Source of the DNA: Cyclobacteriaceae bacterium
Lineage (GTDB): Bacteria; Bacteroidota; Bacteroidia; Cytophagales; Cyclobacteriaceae
Direction: 5' to 3'
Length of the DNA stretch: 64,000 bases
NCBI GenBank assembly: GCA_049306095.1
Contig: JBAQPU010000052.1
Span: 15,360-79,359 of the forward strand
Positions 57,410-64,000 of this stretch are shown in pieces (position 1 is the stretch's first letter; every line of letters begins with the position of its first letter). The notes below the pieces were generated by a model that was given only the letters and a program-made list of their open reading frames with translations, had not been told where the DNA came from and searched no databases. A program made the position numbers and the translations under genes.

Positions 57410-60084
57410 GAAACATTGTACTGATTTTTTTATTGCTTTTTGTAGGGGTTGAAACAATGGCTCAGTTCAGAAAGAATCGCACCGATCGCGCCAATGCCAG
57501 CGCTGATGCCAACCTGAACTACGCTAATCCGGCCGAATATTTTATTGCGGGAATAGAGGTGAAGGGCCTTAACGTGCTGGACAAAAATGCGATGATCTCA
57601 CTCACCGGCTTACGGGTGGGAGACAAAATAAAAATTCCTGGCGATGCCATTTCCGGGGCCATCCGTAAACTGTGGAAACACGGCCTGGTTGGTGATGTTT
57701 CCATCCATGTTGAAAAAATAGAAGGCGAGAATGTGTGGCTTGCCATTGTACTTTCGGAGCGCCCGCGATTGACCAATTTCTATTTTACAGGAATTAAAAA
57801 GGGACAAGAGTCGTCACTGAAAGAAGACCTGACCCTTATTCGCGGAAAAATTGTAAACGATGCCATGCTTCGCAATACCGAACTGGCCGTAAAAAAATTC
57901 TTTGTCAAGAAGGGATACTTAAATACCGAAGTCCAAATTCACCAGGAGCGCGATACTGTCTCTACCGATGGTATCCGTCTTCGCATTCATGTGAGCCCGA
58001 AATCAAAAGTTAAAATCAATAAGATCACAATTATTGGAAATGAGGCGATAGCCGAATCAAAAATTAAAGGTAAAATGAAGGGAACGCACGAATACCCGCG
58101 GTTCGTGCTTCATCGAACCTTATTGAAGGAAATTTTTCATTTTAAGCCCGTTCAATTTTTCGGATCCTCTCATGATGTGAGCTGGAAGCAGGTTAAAGAG
58201 TTTATGGGCGACAACGTGAAGCTGAATGTTTTTAAGGGGTCGAAGTTCATTCAAAGCGACTATGAAGACGACAAGAAGAGCATCGTTGCATTGTACAACT
58301 CAAAAGGTTACCGCGATGCCGATGTGCTTTCCGATACGATTTACAATTTTGATAACCGTACCATCAACATTGAGCTGAGCTTGATAGAGGGTCCCAAATA
58401 TCACTTCCGCAACATCATCTGGATGGGCAACTACCTGCATACCGATAAAACACTGAATGCCATCTTGGGCATCAAGAAGGGTGATGTGTACAACCGCGAA
58501 ATGATAGACAAAAAGTTGACGTTTAACCCCAAAGGAGCTGACATCAGCGGACTATACCAGGATAACGGATACCTGTTTTTCAGTATCAATCCGGTTGAAA
58601 TTGCCGTAGAGGGAGACTCTATCGATGTAGAGATGCGAATTCGCGAAGGCGAGCAGGCAACCATCAATGAAGTGACCATTACCGGGAATGACCGAACCAG
58701 TGATCACGTTATCAGGCGGGAACTGTATACCGTGCCCGGACAAAAATTCAGCCGGTCCGATATCATCCGTACGCAACAACGATTAGGACAATTGGGCTAC
58801 TTCAATGCACAAAATATCAATCAAAACCTGGTACCCAATCCGGCCAATGGTACCGTTGATATTGAATGGCAGTTGGAGGAACAATCAAACGACCAGATTG
58901 AACTGTCGGGTGGTTGGGGAGGCTACTATGGCTTTGTAGGAACGTTAGGATTAACCTTCAATAATTTTTCGTTACGCAATGTTCCGAAAATCAAGGAGTG
59001 GCATCCATTGCCAGTAGGCGATGGCCAGCGGTTGTCGTTGAAAATGACAGCGAATGGCCGAACTTTCCAAAACTATGGTATTTCCTTTACCGAGCCGTGG
59101 CTTGGCGGGCGCAAACCACAATCGTTAACCGTAAGCTGGAACAAATCGGTTTCGCGTTATGCCGATGCGAACTATGGCGCCACCAGTTTAACAGATTTAA
59201 ATGCCTCCTTAAATGTTGATAATATTTCAGTTGGTATTGGACGTGTACTCGCATGGCCCGATAATTATTTTACGTTGCTCACCACCCTTGGGTACACCAA
59301 GTACACGGTAAAGAATGCACCTAATTATGGATTAGGATGCGCTAACTGTTCGTCACACGCGGTAACCTTCAACGCTACGATTGCGCGTAACAGCATCGAT
59401 AACCCCATGTACCCGGCCAGTGGTTCATCCATTTCGTTAAGCGCTACTTTCACTCCACCATATTCTGCGTGGAAAGATTTAGAAAATGCTACACAGGCTG
59501 AGAAAAATGAATATGTGGAATATCACAAGTGGATGTTCGATTCGAAGTTTTACCTGCCATTAGATAGCAAGAAGAAATTCGTCATTGAAGCAAAAGCCCA
59601 CTTTGGATTTTTGGGATCCTATTCGCAGCAAACTGGTATCGGTCCGTTCGAGCGCTTCTGGATGGGTGGTGATGGACTGGCAGGCGGTGTTGGATCGTTT
59701 GTGTTAGGGCAGGATGTGATCGGCTTACGAGGTTACCAAAACAACCAGATTACCCCGCCATACAATCCGCTGCAGGGCACCATGCGAGGCGGTATTGTCT
59801 ATGACAAATTTGGATTAGAACTCCGATACCCAGTTACTACCGGCAATGCTGCCACAATTTATGCTTTCACCTTTGCGGAGGCCGGTAATAACTGGTACAA
59901 TTACGCAGACTTTAATCCGTTTGAGATGTATAAATCAGCAGGCTTTGGCGCCCGTATTTTCATGCCCGCCTTTGGCTTAATTGGTTTAAATTGGGCTTAC
60001 GGATTTGACCCCTTCCCGTTGGGCAGTGGTGCAAAAGCCAGCGGAGCACAGTTCCACTTTACCATTGGTCAGCAAATCAGATAA
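57406..60084 (+). CDS. bamA: Outer membrane protein assembly factor BamA
   Basis: 892 aa with a signal peptide, POTRA-like repeats and a C-terminal Omp85 barrel ('GGDGLAGG...LRGY', 'FHFTIGQQ'). It sits between uppS and the ompH genes. Confidence 0.93.
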   Translation: MRNIVLIFLLLFVGVETMAQFRKNRTDRANASADANLNYANPAEYFIAGIEVKGLNVLDKNAMISLTGLRVGDKIKIPGDAISGAIRKLWKHGLVGDVSIHVEKIEGENVWLAIVLSERPRLTNFYFTGIKKGQESSLKEDLTLIRGKIVNDAMLRNTELAVKKFFVKKGYLNTEVQIHQERDTVSTDGIRLRIHVSPKSKVKINKITIIGNEAIAESKIKGKMKGTHEYPRFVLHRTLLKEIFHFKPVQFFGSSHDVSWKQVKEFMGDNVKLNVFKGSKFIQSDYEDDKKSIVALYNSKGYRDADVLSDTIYNFDNRTINIELSLIEGPKYHFRNIIWMGNYLHTDKTLNAILGIKKGDVYNREMIDKKLTFNPKGADISGLYQDNGYLFFSINPVEIAVEGDSIDVEMRIREGEQATINEVTITGNDRTSDHVIRRELYTVPGQKFSRSDIIRTQQRLGQLGYFNAQNINQNLVPNPANGTVDIEWQLEEQSNDQIELSGGWGGYYGFVGTLGLTFNNFSLRNVPKIKEWHPLPVGDGQRLSLKMTANGRTFQNYGISFTEPWLGGRKPQSLTVSWNKSVSRYADANYGATSLTDLNASLNVDNISVGIGRVLAWPDNYFTLLTTLGYTKYTVKNAPNYGLGCANCSSHAVTFNATIARNSIDNPMYPASGSSISLSATFTPPYSAWKDLENATQAEKNEYVEYHKWMFDSKFYLPLDSKKKFVIEAKAHFGFLGSYSQQTGIGPFERFWMGGDGLAGGVGSFVLGQDVIGLRGYQNNQITPPYNPLQGTMRGGIVYDKFGLELRYPVTTGNAATIYAFTFAEAGNNWYNYADFNPFEMYKSAGFGARIFMPAFGLIGLNWAYGFDPFPLGSGAKASGAQFHFTIGQQIR

Positions 60085-60087
60085 AAT

Positions 60088-60624
60088 ATGCGGTTTTACC
60101 TTATTCCAATATTTTTTATCATTTTCGGCCTGAATTTTGTCAGCGCTCAGAGGTTCGGCTATATCGATACCGATTTTATCCTGAACAAAATGCCCGAATA
60201 CAAAAAGGCACAGGAAGAAGTAAACCGGCTTTCTGAACTTTGGGAAAAAGAAATTCTGGGCATGTCGAAAGACATCGAAGGGATGTACAGTGCGTTGCAG
60301 GCAGAACAGGTTTTGTTAACCGATGCCATGCGAAAAGAACGTACCGATGCCATCAAAAAGAAAGAGGCTGAACTGAAAGAATATCAGAAAAAAGTATTCG
60401 GTTTTGGAGGGCTTTTCTTTTTGAAGAAACAAGAATTGATCAAGCCTGTCCAGGATAAAGTGTGGGACGCGGTAGATAAGGTGGCAAAAAAGAACAGCCT
60501 CGCTATTGTGTTTGATAAGTCGGGCGAACTGGTGATGATTTATACCGATCCGCGTTTCGACTACACCGATTTTGTATTGGACGAACTGGGATTGGGCGAT
60601 CCCAACGATGTAGTAAAAAATTAA
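60088..60624 (+). CDS. OmpH/Skp-family periplasmic chaperone
   Basis: 178 aa with a signal peptide and a coiled-coil OmpH pattern ('GYIDTDFILNKMPEYKKAQEEV'). Confidence 0.85.
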   Translation: MRFYLIPIFFIIFGLNFVSAQRFGYIDTDFILNKMPEYKKAQEEVNRLSELWEKEILGMSKDIEGMYSALQAEQVLLTDAMRKERTDAIKKKEAELKEYQKKVFGFGGLFFLKKQELIKPVQDKVWDAVDKVAKKNSLAIVFDKSGELVMIYTDPRFDYTDFVLDELGLGDPNDVVKN

Positions 60625-60641
60625 CCTGAATAAATTTAAAC

Positions 60642-61199
60642 GTGATGAGAAAACAATTTTTTGTACTGGTATTTGGGCTCGCAGCGGTGGTTTCAAATGC
60701 GCAAACAGCTCCCCTGAAAGTAGGATACGCTGATGTGGAATATATTTTCAGTCAAATGCCTGAATCGAAAGCTATGGAAAGTGATTTGCAGACCATGCAA
60801 ACACAGTTGAAAAAAAGCTACGATGCCAAGGTGGCTGAGTTCCAGAAAAAGCTGCAGGAGTACCAGCAGTTTGGTGCCACCGTACCGGATGCCGTAAAGC
60901 AAAATTCTGAACGCGAACTGCAGCAACTTCAACAGAACATTCAGAAGTTTGAGCAAGACTCGCAGAACGACCTTCAAAAAAAGCAAGCCCAACTGCTTGA
61001 ACCAATCCAGTTAAAAGTGGGAAAAGCAATTGAAGACATGGCCAAGGAAAATGGCTTCACGTTTGTGCTGATCTCTCAGATCGGTGGCGTGGATGTGATT
61101 TTGTACGCAGATGAAAAAATGGATGTGTCTGACATGGTGTTGAAGAAAATGGGAATCACCCCGGCTCCTGCTGCCAATCCAGCTCCTCCGAAGAAATAA
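60642..61199 (+). CDS. OmpH/Skp-family periplasmic chaperone
   Basis: 185 aa with a signal peptide; 'VGYADVEYIFSQMPESKAMESDL' and a Q/K-rich coiled coil. Confidence 0.85.
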   Translation: MMRKQFFVLVFGLAAVVSNAQTAPLKVGYADVEYIFSQMPESKAMESDLQTMQTQLKKSYDAKVAEFQKKLQEYQQFGATVPDAVKQNSERELQQLQQNIQKFEQDSQNDLQKKQAQLLEPIQLKVGKAIEDMAKENGFTFVLISQIGGVDVILYADEKMDVSDMVLKKMGITPAPAANPAPPKK

Positions 61200-61224
61200 C
61201 TTAAAAAGTAACATGACTCAGAAG

Positions 61225-61252
61225 CCCCGTCCGGAAAAGACGGGGTTTTTTT
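61225..61252 (+). terminator. Intrinsic terminator of the bamA-ompH operon
   Basis: CCCCGTC-cggaaaa-GACGGGG followed by TTTTTTT. It lies inside the track's extended ORF 61213.., which argues for the downstream ATG 61267. Confidence 0.85.
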
Positions 61253-61266
61253 GTTTCTTTAGAAAC

Positions 61267-62172
61267 ATGATCAGGCCTCCATCTCTCCAGAAAAATGATA
61301 CCATCGGAATAATTGCCCCAGGCAAAAAGATTGAGCCCGGCACGGTTGAGGAGGCCTCCCGCATTATTGAATCCTGGGGATTACGCGTTCAGATTAGTAA
61401 AAATATTTTCAGCACAAAACACTCATACATGGCGGGCACCGATGATGAGCGCCTGGAAGACCTGCAAACCATGCTCGACAATCCATCCGTCAACGCCATT
61501 CTTTGTGCCCGTGGGGGCTACGGCCTCACCAGGATTATTGACCGGTTGGACTTCAATGGATTTTTAAAAAAACCGAAATGGATTGGTGGGTTTAGTGATG
61601 TTACTGCCCTTCATTTGAAGCTGCAGTCATTGGGCGTGTGCAGTATTCATGGAACCATGCCCATTCTTTTCTCAAAATCGGAATCAACATCATCTGTCGA
61701 GAGTCTTCGAAAAATTTTGCAGGAAGGCATCTTACCTTCCATCTCTGCTGTTTTCGATACCGCCAATAAAATGGGCGAGGCCAGCGGATCGGTAGTGGGC
61801 GGCAACTTATCGCTGATCACCGATTCGCTGGCTACCCCCTCCGAAATTGACACAAAAAATAAAATACTGATCATCGAAGAAATTGATGAGTACTTTTACA
61901 AAATCGACCGGATGATGGTTCAGTTAAAGCGCGCCAATAAACTAACTAACCTGGCGGGTTTGGTGGTGGGCTATATGTCGGAATTAAAAGAAACCGAACT
62001 CCCCTTCGGTGAATCTGCAAAAGAAATCATTCTGAATCATGTGAAGGAGTTCAGGTATCCGGTTGCGTTCGGTTTCCCTACCGGTCACGAAAACCCCAAC
62101 CTGGCGTGGGTGGAGGGCAGTCGTGCCACGTTAAAAGTCACACCCGAAAATTCACAGCTTACCTTCGCCTAA
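61267..62172 (+). CDS. LD-carboxypeptidase (peptidase S66)
   Basis: I trimmed the ORF to ATG 61267. The catalytic triad context is 'GFSDVTALH' (Ser), 'IEEIDEYFYKIDRM' (Glu) and 'GFPTGHE' (His). Confidence 0.85.
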   Translation: MIRPPSLQKNDTIGIIAPGKKIEPGTVEEASRIIESWGLRVQISKNIFSTKHSYMAGTDDERLEDLQTMLDNPSVNAILCARGGYGLTRIIDRLDFNGFLKKPKWIGGFSDVTALHLKLQSLGVCSIHGTMPILFSKSESTSSVESLRKILQEGILPSISAVFDTANKMGEASGSVVGGNLSLITDSLATPSEIDTKNKILIIEEIDEYFYKIDRMMVQLKRANKLTNLAGLVVGYMSELKETELPFGESAKEIILNHVKEFRYPVAFGFPTGHENPNLAWVEGSRATLKVTPENSQLTFA

Positions 62173-63074
62173 AAGGTAAGCCTCTCTGTATACTGTGGAA
62201 TGAGTTCGTGAAAATATGTGCTCAATTGCCGTATTATTTGTTTCCCTGATTTGTTCACGATGGCCCTGCCATCGATTTCTTTTACAGGCGTTAACTCACC
62301 CATCGTACCGGTTCCAAATACTTCATCGGCTGTGTAAAATTCGGTAAGCGAAAGATTTCTTTCTTCTATCGGTATTCCTTTGGTGCGGCAAATTTCCATC
62401 ACCAACCCTCGTGTAATTCCATGCAAACACGCATCGGCAAAAGGAGTGTACACCGTCCCCCCTTTAATCATAAACAAATTGATGTCGTTCAACTCTGCCA
62501 CAAAACCTTGCTGATCGAGCATGACAGCCGCATCAACACCGGCTAGGTTTGCCTGGATTTTTGCCAGGATATTATTCAACAAATTGTTATGATGAATTTT
62601 TGAATCTAAAAACTGGGGATTGTTCCTTCTGATGGACGAGGTAATTACCCGAATACCCATTTCATTATCATACACAAGAGGTTTCCACTCGGCTAACACA
62701 ATCAGACAGGTGCCTTTTGTATTCAACCGTGGATCCATGCCGGACGTAATTTTTTCTCCGCGCGTAAGCGTAAGCCTGATGTGGGTTTCATCACGCATGT
62801 CGTTTGCTCTCAGCGTTTCAAAAATTGCCTTTTTGATTTCCTCCTTTGTTGGAATTTGCGCAAACGCCAGAGCATGGGCCGAGTCATGAAGACGATCGAG
62901 GTGGCGATCCAGACAAAAAATTCCGCCCTTATACACCCGCAGTCCTTCCCACACGGCATCGCCTCCCTGAACAGCGCTGTCAAACACCGAAACTTTTGCT
63001 TCTGCCCGGGGCAACAGTTTACCGCCTACATGAATAAAAATATTTTCGTTTTTCGGATTAAATTTTTGCAGCAT
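62169..63074 (-). CDS. Class IV (branched-chain/D-amino-acid) aminotransferase-family PLP enzyme
   Basis: 301 aa. 'VWEGLRVY', 'RLTLTRG' and 'CLHGITRG' fit the class-IV fold. Confidence 0.8.
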   Translation of the reverse strand: MLQKFNPKNENIFIHVGGKLLPRAEAKVSVFDSAVQGGDAVWEGLRVYKGGIFCLDRHLDRLHDSAHALAFAQIPTKEEIKKAIFETLRANDMRDETHIRLTLTRGEKITSGMDPRLNTKGTCLIVLAEWKPLVYDNEMGIRVITSSIRRNNPQFLDSKIHHNNLLNNILAKIQANLAGVDAAVMLDQQGFVAELNDINLFMIKGGTVYTPFADACLHGITRGLVMEICRTKGIPIEERNLSLTEFYTADEVFGTGTMGELTPVKEIDGRAIVNKSGKQIIRQLSTYFHELIPQYTERLTF

Positions 63075-63079
63075 AAAAA

Positions 63080-63784
63080 TTAAGGGGTTACAGCGTGTTT
63101 CACCAATTGATCGTAATAACCGGCTGCCTTTTGGTACAATGGCCTCAGATGCCCGGGCAATGGCCGCTCACTGGTTGCCTGCTTTTCAAAACCTGTTGAC
63201 CGATGAACATTGGTATACCAATATGGAGCCCAAACCCCATCATACGGTTTTGGACCGGCCGGCCAATGCAACATCGCAGGCTGAAAGGAAATCCCGATTG
63301 TTGAACAAGCTTTTTTCAACACCGATTCAGGATTTTGCAACAACAGTCCCGAATCAATTACAAGAGGATTTTGATTTTCCAATTTTTTAAAAAGAGTTTG
63401 CTCGTATTCAATGCCAATATCCCGCATCACCGGCTGGTCAATCACCTGGGCATAGCTGGCGATCAATTGTTTTGGGTCTCTGATTAAAAAGATGTTCACG
63501 CACTTTAAAAGAAAATCATCGTTGATTACTTCGATGTGATGTGCCATGTTTTTTATAAACACATTCGGGCTGCCGGCCATCTCGAAAATTTCTTTCTTAA
63601 CAACTTCTTCATCGGAAGACTGTGCTTGCATCACCGCTGGCTTGCCTGGATGTTCTACTTTTGTACGAGATAGGTAACAGGCATAGAAGGGTTCATCCAA
63701 CACCGTTGTATCATTCCGCTGCGCAAAGGAATACATCAACGCGGTTGAAATATTTCGGGGGCCTGAAATGAGGTGAATGTACAT
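63080..63784 (-). CDS. Sulfotransferase-like / P-loop-like protein of unknown function
   Basis: I trimmed the ORF to ATG 63784 (MYIHLISGPRNISTAL...). The N-terminal 'SGPRNIST' resembles a PAPS/phosphate-binding loop. It lies 5 nt upstream of the aminotransferase. The family call is tentative. Confidence 0.5.
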   Translation of the reverse strand: MYIHLISGPRNISTALMYSFAQRNDTTVLDEPFYACYLSRTKVEHPGKPAVMQAQSSDEEVVKKEIFEMAGSPNVFIKNMAHHIEVINDDFLLKCVNIFLIRDPKQLIASYAQVIDQPVMRDIGIEYEQTLFKKLENQNPLVIDSGLLLQNPESVLKKACSTIGISFQPAMLHWPAGPKPYDGVWAPYWYTNVHRSTGFEKQATSERPLPGHLRPLYQKAAGYYDQLVKHAVTP

Positions 63785-63814
63785 GAATGCGAATGGGTAC
63801 AATCTACGATTTTT

Positions 63815-64000
63815 CTAAAAAAGGTATTCAAAAAGTCCGTAGAGCCCCAACAACAACAACACGCTTCCGGGAATGTATTTGACGCGCGAGTTGGATTGAA
63901 AAAAGGGGATCATGTACTTGGCCGAATAGGCTACCACCAGTAAAAGCCCCAGCGCACCTGCCGACACCCCCAGCAAATAGAGGTGCAGTTGAGCGTTGCC
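63815..64000 (-). CDS. C-terminal fragment of a membrane protein; the start lies outside the window
   Basis: Missing from the ORF track. The minus strand translates as an open frame from 64000 to the TAG at 63815-63817: ...LHLYLLGVSAGALGLLLVVAYSAKYMIPFFQSNSRVKYIPGSVLLLLGLYGLFEYLF*. This gives two hydrophobic helices. Confidence 0.4.
   Translation of the reverse strand, partial: GNAQLHLYLLGVSAGALGLLLVVAYSAKYMIPFFQSNSRVKYIPGSVLLLLGLYGLFEYLF

Noticed and set aside
1-64000. tRNA, rRNA, tmRNA, RNase P and other structured RNA genes
   Set aside because: No intergenic gap exceeds about 300 nt. I found no T-loop-like GTTCGAATC or GGTTCAAATCC words in intergenic DNA. All the larger gaps are explained by promoters, terminators or the repeats listed above. 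This was a by-eye scan, so a covariance-model search would still be needed to be decisive.

Overview
This is a dense, mostly housekeeping 64-kb chromosomal segment from a Bacteroidota genome, probably Cytophagales-like. Supporting signs are a T9SS C-terminal sorting domain, a nadK-DUF6089-uppS-bamA-ompH-ompH block, an rpsU-xerC-hpf block, and many TAnnTTTG '-7' promoter boxes. I support about 70 protein-coding genes. Two are cut by the window edges: an M14 carboxypeptidase at 1..2136, which is missing from the ORF track, and a membrane protein at 63815..64000. Recognisable operons and blocks are prfA-lemA, rimP-nusA-infB, ugd-rfbB-rfbA, rpsU / xerC-like / hpf, metK, lysA, radA, rbfA-lolE, an antitoxin-PIN-tatC-rpiB string, glyA, pdxJ-TPM-TPM and yqeY-cvpA. 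I found no rRNA, tRNA, CRISPR array, transposase, prophage or integrative element, and no convincing multi-gene defence or other novel system. The flanks of every candidate gene are core genes. The best leads are small-scale. (1) A PIN toxin/antitoxin pair overlaps the head of tatC-rpiB and has an apparently leaderless promoter. (2) A perfect 28-bp GC-rich palindrome sits in frame inside radA. (3) A REP-like array of GGTCTGTG/CACAGACC hairpins lies between the lemA and infB terminators. (4) A terminator-like hairpin lies in the rimP-nusA-infB leader. (5) Three genes have the -7 box exactly 4 nt before the ATG. (6) An active/inactive transglutaminase-like paralogue pair. (7) Several convergent gene pairs share overlapping stop codons. 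All functional calls come from reading the translated ORFs and motifs by eye; no database search was possible.
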